64,000 bases of DNA from a virus: positions 32,001-96,000 of the IMG/VR virus record IMGVR_UViG_3300010883_000003; one strand, written 5' to 3'. Positions 1 to 8,846 of this stretch are shown piece after piece (position 1 is the stretch's first letter; every line of letters begins with the position of its first letter). Below the pieces are notes generated by a model, which was not told the origin of the DNA, ran no database searches, and worked only from the letters and a program-made list of their open reading frames with translations. A program made the translations under genes and the position numbers.

Positions 1-102
1 GCCGGCGATGCCGCGGCTCGCACAGCATCACAGAGTGATCCAACGCAGCTCTTTGGAGCAGCTGCACAAAATTGGGCTGCATTAGCATTTGATGATAAAT
101 AA
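1..102 (+). CDS. 3' end of hypothetical protein (partial)
   Basis: Frame 1 is open from the window edge, AGDAAARTASQSDPTQLFGAAAQNWAALAFDDK, to TAA at 100-102. Confidence 0.65.
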   Translation, partial: AGDAAARTASQSDPTQLFGAAAQNWAALAFDDK

Positions 103-123
103 GAAAAAAAGGCTGGACACAGC

Positions 124-130
124 ATACTTA
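124..130 (+). promoter_or_regulatory. ATA(N)TTA putative late-promoter motif (representative copy)
   Basis: The same motif precedes most structural genes (1552, 5157, 6979, 10191, 13422, 16524, 18281, 18579, 32903, 44219, 45505, 57333, 61071, 63252). Confidence 0.6.
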
Positions 131-153
131 CGAATAGGTCAGGAGGATTTGAC

Positions 154-429
154 ATGACTAAAAATATTAAATTAACACCTTCTCTTCTTAGAAGAATCGT
201 TCTAGAAGAAAAGAAAAAGATTATGGAAACCCTTGAACAGGGTAAAGAAGAGTCAGAAAAGGTATCAGCAGAAGAAACAGACGCTGATGAGTTGGCTGAC
301 GCTCTGGAAAAAGATATAGATTTTATGGCTGCTTTAAAGATTCAAGAGAGCATGCTAAAGAAGAAGTTTAAGAAAGTTCAACTTGCCAAAAGACGTCTTT
401 ATAAAAAGATTAATGAACGCAAAAATTAA
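154..429 (+). CDS. hypothetical charged coiled-coil protein, possibly head-associated
   Basis: 91 aa ORF with AGGAGG SD; N-terminal LRRIVLEE motif. Confidence 0.75.
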   Translation: MTKNIKLTPSLLRRIVLEEKKKIMETLEQGKEESEKVSAEETDADELADALEKDIDFMAALKIQESMLKKKFKKVQLAKRRLYKKINERKN

Positions 430-455
430 ACCACTTACAAAAAGGAACCGTTGAA

Positions 456-938
456 ATGCCAACACATACACAAAAAACAGTAGAACACCTAGCGACAGTT
501 AGAGATATGGGATCTTCTGATTCCGCAACGGTTAAGGCTTCTTTTCCAGGGTCTCCTATCCACCAAGGTGAAATGACAGCAGAGTCGGTACGAAAGCAGT
601 TCCAGGATGAAGTTATTGACGGTACCGTTAACGACGGCGGTCATACATTCGGAACGTTTAACAAAGATTATAGTGACTCACCAGATCTGGCTCAAGTTAA
701 GACCGGTGGTGGTGGTCTTCCTGCGTCTCCATACGTCCCAAACCCTGTTTCTCCTGGTGAAGGAAGTTTGAATCCTACAGATCAAGCTGATCCACCTGAG
801 GGATTCGGTCAAAGACCATCTGATACGTGGGGTTCCGGAGTCGGTTCACAGCTACAGCCTAAGACATCTTCTGAGCAACAGTCTTCTGGACGCTTAGGCG
901 ATTATGTAATGGGCAGAGCTTGGGGAAGTAGCTCTTAA
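456..938 (+). CDS. hypothetical Gly/Pro/Ser-rich protein in head module
   Basis: 160 aa ORF with AAGGA SD; TAATG overlap with next gene. Confidence 0.75.
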   Translation: MPTHTQKTVEHLATVRDMGSSDSATVKASFPGSPIHQGEMTAESVRKQFQDEVIDGTVNDGGHTFGTFNKDYSDSPDLAQVKTGGGGLPASPYVPNPVSPGEGSLNPTDQADPPEGFGQRPSDTWGSGVGSQLQPKTSSEQQSSGRLGDYVMGRAWGSSS

Positions 939-1516
939 TGTCTTCCAAGTCATATCAATCAAATCATGAGCTAAACTCAGGCCGCAAGCTTGGGCTTAGC
1001 CATGATGCCCGTCAGGGTCTTGGTTATGGCTTAACAAGAAGTAATTTTCATAATCAACGTCAAAAAGATCAACTGTTTCCGTATGTTACTGATTCCGTTG
1101 ATTTAGATAATTTGCAAGACCTAGATTTGGATATTAACGTTTTACAACAAATACAGAATAAGATAGACACACCGTATAAAAGCGGTGATAGTCTAATTGG
1201 AAGATCAGCCGATCACTCTGCATTTGTTAGCGCAAATCATCCTCTTTCTGCTGTTAGTGAAATAACGGCAAAAGGGATGGTTCCCTTTCCAGGGATGTAT
1301 AAAAATAGGATGCAAGTTGGTGGAGGAGTAAATTCTCCTAAATTAATTGCCCCCGGTGGATATAATCGAACTGGAACTTATTTTGGCTGGAGTCACGCGC
1401 CGGTCGATGATAATATAGATAATGATTACAATGAGTATGATGAAGAAACTATTTCTTTGGAAAAAGCTCGTAAGATTGTTAAAAAAGTGCTTAAAAACAA
1501 CTTAAAGAGTATATAG
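938..1516 (+). CDS. hypothetical protein in head module
   Basis: 192 aa ORF translationally coupled to the upstream gene. Confidence 0.7.
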   Translation: MSSKSYQSNHELNSGRKLGLSHDARQGLGYGLTRSNFHNQRQKDQLFPYVTDSVDLDNLQDLDLDINVLQQIQNKIDTPYKSGDSLIGRSADHSAFVSANHPLSAVSEITAKGMVPFPGMYKNRMQVGGGVNSPKLIAPGGYNRTGTYFGWSHAPVDDNIDNDYNEYDEETISLEKARKIVKKVLKNNLKSI

Positions 1517-1596
1517 TTAAGCATATTTTTAGTCATCTTCGTTTTGTGATCATATTTAAGAGATAAATGTGTGCATTATTTTTGTGAGGTTCGTGA

Positions 1597-3129
1597 ATGT
1601 CGACTACACTGTATAAAGAAGCTATTGCTGAAGCTCATCAACTCAAAGAGTTAGCTGAGCAAAATGCAAAGAACAAAATTATTGAGGCTTTAACGCCTAG
1701 AATTCAAGCGATGGTTGAATCTCAACTCTTATCAGAACAACAAGAAATTGAAATTGAAGATCTTGATTTAGATGATGATGGGACTATCGATATGTCTGCT
1801 ATGGAGGTACCGTCTTTAGACGCCGCTCTCGCGGATGAACTTATTGGTGATGATGAAAGTGAAGACAGCAGTGCTGCTGAAGCTAGCGTTATTATTAATG
1901 CGCAAGGAGATGTTAACGTTGCAGTTCAAGAAGCTGTAAAAAATAACGTCAAGAATATCAAAGAAGTGATAAAAAACTCTACATCTTCCAACGGAAATAA
2001 GCTCGCTAATAAAATTGCAAAGCTTCAGACGAAGGTTAGGAGAATGGATGCATTGTTGGAGAGTATAGACGCAAGTGCCCTATCTAACCAGCAACGCGCT
2101 GTAATCAAACAGTCATACCGAAAATTGTTGGGCGAGGCTTTAACTTTACGTTCAGAGGTAATAATTATTTCTGAGGGTGGAGAGCAAAGGTTGAGACTCC
2201 AGCTATTCAATACATTAAAGGAGATGAATACAATGACTAAAAACCGCAGCCGCGCCATCTTCAACCAACTTTTTGAAGCTGGTTACGGCGAATTAGATGA
2301 AATGGAACTGGTACTCAGTGATGAGGACCTCGAGGCTCTTGGTGTTGAAGACGCTGAAGATGCCGATGTCGATGCACTCGACCTCGAAGTTTTGATGGAC
2401 GAAGAGTCCTTTGAAGGTGAAGAGGAAGAAGCAGAGGCGGAAGAGGTTGAAGCCGAAGACGAAGAAGGTGAGGAAGAAGAAGCCGAACTTGAACTTGGGG
2501 AGTTGGACGAGGTCTTTGAGATTGACCCACGCGTTCTCCGTAGAGAACTTCGTCGTCTTAAAACAATTAGAGAGCAAGCAGAAGAAGAAGCCGACCAGTT
2601 TGGTGGCGGTGAGGTTGAGCTTGAAGTAATGGAAGTTGATGAAGAAGACCTTCTCAATGCCCTTGCTGATGAGCTTGGAACCGTCGATTCTATTGCTAAA
2701 GCTGCTGAGGCCACAACCGGTCCAGTCGCAGAGGCACGTCGTAGACGTCGCTCTCGTGCGAACGGCAGAGCTCGTACACAACGAACATCAAACACTGTTC
2801 GTGAAAATAGAGAGTTGAAAAAGCAACTTTCTGAAATGAATCTTTTTAACGCAAAGCTACTTTATGTGAATAAGCTGATCCAGAATCGCAATGTAAGTTC
2901 TAAGCAGCAGCGTGCCATAGTCGAGGCTTTAGATAATGCCAAGACAATTCGTGAGGCTAAGCTCGTTTTCGAGGGCTTAACCAAGTCACTAAATAAGAAG
3001 TCCCTCAGTGAGGGCAAGAGAAGAGTTCTTGGTTCTTCTAGCAAGCCAACTCGCAGCGGCTCAGCCACTGTAAATGAGTCAGCACAGACGAACCGATGGG
3101 CAACGCTCGCTGGTATTAAATCAAAGTAA
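1597..3129 (+). CDS. prohead scaffold/core protein (T4 gp22-like role)
   Basis: Very acidic coiled-coil protein immediately upstream of the MCP; C-terminal RWATLAGI; many L/I-x-E sites. Confidence 0.75.
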   Translation: MSTTLYKEAIAEAHQLKELAEQNAKNKIIEALTPRIQAMVESQLLSEQQEIEIEDLDLDDDGTIDMSAMEVPSLDAALADELIGDDESEDSSAAEASVIINAQGDVNVAVQEAVKNNVKNIKEVIKNSTSSNGNKLANKIAKLQTKVRRMDALLESIDASALSNQQRAVIKQSYRKLLGEALTLRSEVIIISEGGEQRLRLQLFNTLKEMNTMTKNRSRAIFNQLFEAGYGELDEMELVLSDEDLEALGVEDAEDADVDALDLEVLMDEESFEGEEEEAEAEEVEAEDEEGEEEEAELELGELDEVFEIDPRVLRRELRRLKTIREQAEEEADQFGGGEVELEVMEVDEEDLLNALADELGTVDSIAKAAEATTGPVAEARRRRRSRANGRARTQRTSNTVRENRELKKQLSEMNLFNAKLLYVNKLIQNRNVSSKQQRAIVEALDNAKTIREAKLVFEGLTKSLNKKSLSEGKRRVLGSSSKPTRSGSATVNESAQTNRWATLAGIKSK

Positions 3130-3161
3130 CAGACGCTAATTCTTTAAAGGAGAAATATACA

Positions 3162-5060
3162 ATGTCTAAAAAGTTTACACTTAGCCAATTAACCGAAGGT
3201 ATTCGGCAACGGCACCAAGGTGAGTCAAATGCTCGCCTTACAGAAAAGTGGGCTCGGACCGGTCTCCTTCGTGGTCTTGACGGCGTCCATCGTGAAAACA
3301 TGGCAACGCTACTCGAGAACCAGGCCGGTCAGGTCCTTCGTGAGTCCTCTACCCTTGGTGGTGGTGGTCTTAACCCCGCATCGAGCTCCGGTGATATCCG
3401 GGGCTTCACTAACATAGCTTTCCCAATCGTCCGCCGAGTATTCGGTGGTTTGGTTGCAAACGAGCTTGTTTCAATTCAGCCAATGAGTCTTCCTTCTGGA
3501 CTGCTCTTCTATCTTGATTACACTTACGGCACTAACGTCGGCGGTGAAGCAGATGGAGTCGGTAGTTCGACTAAGGCAACTTATAGCGATACCAATTCTA
3601 TCTACAATAACCCAGCGGGTAAGGGCGTTCGCTCTGGCTCACTCGGTGTTGGTGGACAGTATGACCTCGCTGGTAGCGGTTACTCTCGTGTTCACACGGG
3701 CTCAACCGTTATTAACCAGGATGATGCCACTACCATAAGTGTCTTCAAGCTCGGTTCGGGTTCTGCCCAGAGTCGTGCAGTCATTGGTTCCGGTGTCGCT
3801 TCGTCCGGTCAAGACGGTAGATTCTTGCAGTTCGATCCTCAGCTTTCGCAGCTTATTGATGATGAGAGCGGTACGTTCTTCTTCATGACTGTTCCTCTTG
3901 GACAGTTAGGCGATAACTTTGATGTGACAGCCGTTAAGGAAGCTGCTCTGGTACTGAGTGGAGCTACTGGTCTGAACACCGGTTGCGATATGGTTGCAAT
4001 CCCTGAAAGTATTCAGGGCGGTGCCGGCGTACATAACGTCCGTCGCTTGAACCAGCTTGTTACATCTGCCTCAGATGGGGGTACAATTACTCCTGCTCCG
4101 ATGGTAGGCGCAGGAACAGCTGGCGCAGCATTGCTAATGGTTTGCTCTGGTACTGTAACGGATGACATGACTGCATTCTCGGTTACCTATCCTAAGACTG
4201 CAACACTCAATAGTGATGACGGTTCAACTCTTGTTGTTCCAACATTCGAGTCTAGTTTCGGTTCTGATCCAACTCCGGAAATTCCTGAGATTGATATCAA
4301 GATTGAAAGTATCTCGGTTGTCGCACAGACTCGTAAGCTCCGCGCTCGCTGGTCACCAGAACTTGCACAGGACTTGAACGCTTACCACAGCCTCGACGCT
4401 GAGGTTGAGCTTACTCAAATCCTCTCTGAGCAAATCGCTCTTGAGATTGACCGCGAGATTCTAAACGACCTGCTTATGCAAGCTGACACTAACTTCTTCT
4501 GGGACCGCCGTCCTGGTCGATTCGTCAACAAGCGAAGTGGTGTTGTTGCTGCTAAGGCATCTTCTCTCGAGGGTGGTCCTTCTTTCACTGGTACAGTTCG
4601 CGAATGGTATGAGACTTTGGTCGAAACCGTTATCGACGTTGCCAATGAGATTCACAGAAAGACCCTACGTGGCTCTGCAAACTTCATCGTCGTAAGTCCT
4701 GATGTTGCAACCATCCTTGAAGCGAGTGTACTCTACAAGCCCAACTACAGCATTGATGGTGATGGCCAGGTTTCTGGTATGAGTCTTGGTGCAGAGTCTG
4801 TTGGTAGCTTAAGCAACCGCTTCACTGTCTACAAGGATCCTTACTTCCCTCGCAACAAGATTCTTGTTGGTTACAAGGGTGGTAGCTATCTTGAGACTGG
4901 GTATGTATACGCTCCGTATGTTCCGCTTATCGTTACTCCGACGATCTTCGCTCCTGAGGACTTCACTCCTCGCAAGGGCGTTATGACTCGATACGGTAAG
5001 AAGATGGTCAGAAATGACTTCTACGGTACCGTTACTTGTCTCGGTATGGACATTATCTAA
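3162..5060 (+). CDS. gp23: major capsid protein, T4 gp23-like, with a large insertion
   Basis: gp23 motifs ATLLENQ, FPIVRRV, VSIQPMSLPSGLLFYL, TRKLRARWSPELAQDLNAYHSLDAE, EIDREIL, YAPYVPL, FTPRKGVMTRYG; AAGGAG SD; followed by a terminator. Confidence 0.95.
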   Translation: MSKKFTLSQLTEGIRQRHQGESNARLTEKWARTGLLRGLDGVHRENMATLLENQAGQVLRESSTLGGGGLNPASSSGDIRGFTNIAFPIVRRVFGGLVANELVSIQPMSLPSGLLFYLDYTYGTNVGGEADGVGSSTKATYSDTNSIYNNPAGKGVRSGSLGVGGQYDLAGSGYSRVHTGSTVINQDDATTISVFKLGSGSAQSRAVIGSGVASSGQDGRFLQFDPQLSQLIDDESGTFFFMTVPLGQLGDNFDVTAVKEAALVLSGATGLNTGCDMVAIPESIQGGAGVHNVRRLNQLVTSASDGGTITPAPMVGAGTAGAALLMVCSGTVTDDMTAFSVTYPKTATLNSDDGSTLVVPTFESSFGSDPTPEIPEIDIKIESISVVAQTRKLRARWSPELAQDLNAYHSLDAEVELTQILSEQIALEIDREILNDLLMQADTNFFWDRRPGRFVNKRSGVVAAKASSLEGGPSFTGTVREWYETLVETVIDVANEIHRKTLRGSANFIVVSPDVATILEASVLYKPNYSIDGDGQVSGMSLGAESVGSLSNRFTVYKDPYFPRNKILVGYKGGSYLETGYVYAPYVPLIVTPTIFAPEDFTPRKGVMTRYGKKMVRNDFYGTVTCLGMDII

Positions 5061-5086
5061 GAAATTAGATAAAGTCTAAACGCTTT

Positions 5087-5119
5087 AAAGGCGGGCTCTT
5101 CGGGGTCCGCCTTTTTTTT
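5087..5119 (+). terminator. Rho-independent terminator after MCP
   Basis: aaaggcgggctc-TTCG-gggtccgcc stem with cUUCGg loop followed by T8. Confidence 0.9.
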
Positions 5120-5244
5120 GCGATAAATTATTTATAACAATTCAATGTTATATGATATAGTTAGTGGTAGGCCCGGTTCAATATAATCATCTGACACCCG
5201 CAGAGAATCGGAATCATCGGGAGCAAAAAAAAGGAGAGATTATT

Positions 5245-5652
5245 ATGCCCAAGGTAATTTATTCGGCCGCAAAAGGCCTTTATCAAGAGACAGGATCAGG
5301 TTTCCAGGTTAACGACGTAGCGATTCTTGAAGAGGTTCAATCTCTTACAGATCCATCTGCAGCTACTGTTAATGCGTACGGAATTACGACACTAACCAAA
5401 ACAGCTGCATGTACAGCAACATTAGCAGCGCCTACAAGCAGTGAACCTGCCGGCGCGAAAAAGGTCATGAGCATGATCGCAGCTTCTGGTGCCGGTGCTT
5501 GTGTCGTCACATTAACTGGTGGCGGCATTCAAGATGACGGCGCGACAGCTCTTGTATCTCTTTCTTTTAACGCTGTTGGTGAAACCGCAGTATTAATTTC
5601 TAACGGATCAAAGTGGGTAGCAGTTGCCTTAGCTGGCGCAACAGAAGCATAG
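5245..5652 (+). CDS. putative capsid decoration/structural protein (paralog A)
   Basis: ATG 5245 after AAGGAG SD; N-terminus MPKVIYSAAKGLYQETGSGF shared with next gene; Ala/Thr/Gly-rich. Confidence 0.6.
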   Translation: MPKVIYSAAKGLYQETGSGFQVNDVAILEEVQSLTDPSAATVNAYGITTLTKTAACTATLAAPTSSEPAGAKKVMSMIAASGAGACVVTLTGGGIQDDGATALVSLSFNAVGETAVLISNGSKWVAVALAGATEA

Positions 5653-5662
5653 GGAGACTGAA

Positions 5663-6460
5663 ATGCCTAAATTAAATTATACGTCCGCTAAAGGACTCTA
5701 TGAAGACACTGGTTCTGGCTTTGCGGTAGACGGTGTAAGCCTTCTTCCTGGAGTTTCTGATACAGTCACCTTAACAGGTGCGCTAACAACTGTCACATGC
5801 GTTGCAGATGTCGGCGATAGCCTTGATGGTAAGTACTTTATCATTTATGATCAAGCTGGTAACTCTTATGGTCTTTGGTTTGACACAGATGATGACGGAA
5901 CAACAATACCTGCCGGTGCTTCCGCCGCGACCTATAACGTTGAAGTCGCTACTGTAAATACAGGCGGAAACGCCGGAGCTGTTGCCACAGCAGTGCAAGG
6001 TGCTATCGATGGTGATGGAACAGCTAGTGCTGCTTTTGAGGCTGTAGTGGATGGTAGCGATGTCTTAGTTTACAACATTCAAGTTGGATCAATGACTACC
6101 ACCACAGAAGATGCTGGTGACTCTGGTTTTACTGTTACTCTTACAGATAGTACAACAGACTCATCAATACCTGCAGCTCCAATGGCTCAAGCAACTGTGA
6201 CATGTGGTCGTGATGTTGCAACTGTATTACAGGAAATCCCTCTCGATGACGGAGGAGCTGCTGGACAAGAGAAGTTTATTCAGCTTGCAGCACTTTCTTC
6301 TGGTCAAGCTAGATTTACTGGAAAGTTCTTGAACGGCGTAACTGCTGGTACAAAGTTAACATTTAACGCTGCAACCGGTGCTGCTAACGGTTTATATTGT
6401 ATATGGACTGGTACTCACTGGTTTGTTGTTAATAAAATGACAACGCAAACTGTCAGCTAG
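5663..6460 (+). CDS. putative capsid decoration/structural protein (paralog B, with insertion)
   Basis: MPKLNYTSAKGLYEDTGSGF N-terminus; C-terminus resembles paralog A; GGGAG SD. Confidence 0.6.
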   Translation: MPKLNYTSAKGLYEDTGSGFAVDGVSLLPGVSDTVTLTGALTTVTCVADVGDSLDGKYFIIYDQAGNSYGLWFDTDDDGTTIPAGASAATYNVEVATVNTGGNAGAVATAVQGAIDGDGTASAAFEAVVDGSDVLVYNIQVGSMTTTTEDAGDSGFTVTLTDSTTDSSIPAAPMAQATVTCGRDVATVLQEIPLDDGGAAGQEKFIQLAALSSGQARFTGKFLNGVTAGTKLTFNAATGAANGLYCIWTGTHWFVVNKMTTQTVS

Positions 6461-6484
6461 CTTTTAATAGATAGCTATTTAATT

Positions 6485-6516
6485 GCCGTCAACCATCAGG
6501 TTGGCGGCTTTTTTTT
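6485..6516 (+). terminator. Rho-independent terminator
   Basis: gccgtcaacc-atca-ggttggcggc stem followed by T8. Confidence 0.88.
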
Positions 6517-6575
6517 ACTTTACTCTACCATACAATAAAATATTATTATAACTTAAATCCTTGGAGGGAATTATA

Positions 6576-6929
6576 ATGGCTATAACATCAAAAGAAAAGA
6601 CAGCTAAGAGCACACCATCCGTAAAAGAAGCTCCAGCTACGACGAAAGCTGCTACCGCGGCCCCAAAGACATTTACAGCTAAACCTGCTGTACAAGAAGC
6701 AAAAGACTTCACATCAGATATCACAAGCTTAGTGGCTCAAATTAATTCTCTAAAAGAAGAAGTCGCAACACTAAGAGAGACTTTAAGCTCACACCAGCAT
6801 GCTACCACAGCGACGGAACGACCTGCGTCTAGCGCATCTTCATCACAAGATGTTGATAGATTACGACAAAATATCAGGGGTGTTTTAAAGAAAATGGGCG
6901 CCAGAGATCATATGATATCCGGATTGTAG
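6576..6929 (+). CDS. hypothetical protein (Ala/Thr/Lys-rich N-terminus, coiled coil)
   Basis: GGAGG SD at 6563-6567 before ATG 6576. Confidence 0.65.
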   Translation: MAITSKEKTAKSTPSVKEAPATTKAATAAPKTFTAKPAVQEAKDFTSDITSLVAQINSLKEEVATLRETLSSHQHATTATERPASSASSSQDVDRLRQNIRGVLKKMGARDHMISGL

Positions 6930-7000
6930 AATCATCAACATAACTACTTTATACAAAGACATTTCTTCTCTGTAGGTAATACTTAAAAATAGGTGGTAAT

Positions 7001-8167
7001 ATGTCTTTGTTTTCTTTTACAAGAAATCCAACGCCGTTTGGCTTTTTCGATACTGATGTTGATTTTCAGCAAGAAGCCGACGCGTGTGTAACGTTTACCA
7101 AGCGCAAGCTTGGAGATGATATATTAAGTGTTGAACTGACAAAAAAGCAGATCTGGGCGTGCTTAGAAGAAGGTATGCTAGAATACTGCCGAGTTATTAA
7201 TGAGGCAGACGCAAAGTCACAGCTTAATAACCATCTAGGATACTCTACAGGCAGTAATAAAGCTGGCCTATTTCCGAAGCAGAATCTCGAATATCTTCTC
7301 AGAATGGCTGAACCATACGCTATGGAAGCAGGTGTCGGTGGATCGTATAACGAAATAAGCGGATCGATACAGCTGACTGATAACGTACAGGATTACGACA
7401 TCTATACGCAGCTAAAAGACGACACCGGCACGTTGATTGTATCTTCGAGCGGTAACTCTCCTCGTAACAGGATGAAGATTAGAGAAGTATATCATTTTTC
7501 TCCATCTGCTGGATATAGGTTTTTTGATACAACATCTGCAGTAAATTATCTCAACAACGAATTTAGCTTTGAATCTTTTACTCCTGAAACGATGTTTTAC
7601 GTCTTGCCTGTATTCGAGGATGTTCTAAGAGCAGGCCAGATGGAAATGTCAAATAGGGTTAGGAAGTCCAATTATTCATACAGGATAATGGGTAGTAAGA
7701 TTCGCATCTTTCCAAGACCAACAGGTGATCAAACTAACAGAAAGCTCTGGATAAGAGTTCAATTCAATCCAGATCCCTACAATCCCGACGTAACTGATGA
7801 GTCAATTTACGGCGTATCTAATCTTTCAAATGTACCTTTCGGTCTATATGAGTATGTAAAGATTAACTCTGTAGGCAGACAATGGATTAGACAATATTGT
7901 CTTGCACTCTCCCGAGAGCTGCTGGGTCAAGTTCGTTCAAAGTTTTCTAGCGTACCGATTCCAAATGCTGATTTGCAACTAAACGGTACGGATCTAATAT
8001 CTCAAGGAAGAGAAGATCAAGGACGTCTAAGAGACCAGTTGATAGAGCTTCTTGATAGTCTATCATATAGTAAGCTTCTAGAGGGTCAAGCACAAGACGC
8101 AGAGAATATTACTCGTGCTCTTAAAGCGATCCCTATGCCGATTGGCAAATCGATAATAATGAAGTAA
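7001..8167 (+). CDS. neck/head-tail adaptor protein (T4 gp13-like)
   Basis: KRKLG...VELTKKQI N-terminus and WIRQYCLALSRELLGQVRSKF...LQLNG C-terminus typical of gp13-like proteins; position. Confidence 0.75.
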   Translation: MSLFSFTRNPTPFGFFDTDVDFQQEADACVTFTKRKLGDDILSVELTKKQIWACLEEGMLEYCRVINEADAKSQLNNHLGYSTGSNKAGLFPKQNLEYLLRMAEPYAMEAGVGGSYNEISGSIQLTDNVQDYDIYTQLKDDTGTLIVSSSGNSPRNRMKIREVYHFSPSAGYRFFDTTSAVNYLNNEFSFESFTPETMFYVLPVFEDVLRAGQMEMSNRVRKSNYSYRIMGSKIRIFPRPTGDQTNRKLWIRVQFNPDPYNPDVTDESIYGVSNLSNVPFGLYEYVKINSVGRQWIRQYCLALSRELLGQVRSKFSSVPIPNADLQLNGTDLISQGREDQGRLRDQLIELLDSLSYSKLLEGQAQDAENITRALKAIPMPIGKSIIMK

Positions 8168-8180
8168 GGATTCTTAGGTT

Positions 8181-8846
8181 ATGGCTCGACTTTTCATTAC
8201 ACCCAGAGAACAAGACTTGATATCAGATCTTACCAAGGAGATTGTTAAGGATGTTATAGGTCAAAAGATATACTATTATCGTGTAATGTCTGAGGTCACA
8301 AAAGTTCATGATATATACGAAGAAGCTATCGAGAAGCATTTTGACACCCCGATCGAGCTCGACGCGACAGTTGAATGGGGTGATCAAACAACATCAACAA
8401 ATAGATTTGGATCTGAGCAGCTGTATGGTATAACCGCATTCGTCCACTACAGAGATATAATAGACAAAGATATAGAAGTTAACGAAGGTGATTACTTTTC
8501 ATACGGAGAAACGTTCTTCGAGATAACTTCAACAGTGTATTTATCTGAAATATACGGTGAGATAGAGTACAAGACGGGCATCCAGCTTAATGGCAGACAG
8601 GCTCGTAAGGGTTTAATAGATAAAGACCCAATAGGTCCCACTGACGAAGGAAACGGGGATGCTGATGCTTTACAAGAGACGTTTGTACAACAGCGCGGTC
8701 AAGCTGAAAATGAGCTTGGAGAAACTGGTGATATCCGCGCATTACAAAAGCAAGGTAAACTAGAGGCCCCTCTGGACGGACCGAAACAAGTTTCACCAAA
8801 GGGTGATCCAGATGATGTAAGCTCTTCATTTTATGGTGATGAATAA
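8181..8846 (+). CDS. head closure/neck protein (gp14-like)
   Basis: GQKIYYY...IYEEA...EGDYFSYG..FFEI pattern; synteny after gp13-like gene. Confidence 0.6.
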   Translation: MARLFITPREQDLISDLTKEIVKDVIGQKIYYYRVMSEVTKVHDIYEEAIEKHFDTPIELDATVEWGDQTTSTNRFGSEQLYGITAFVHYRDIIDKDIEVNEGDYFSYGETFFEITSTVYLSEIYGEIEYKTGIQLNGRQARKGLIDKDPIGPTDEGNGDADALQETFVQQRGQAENELGETGDIRALQKQGKLEAPLDGPKQVSPKGDPDDVSSSFYGDE

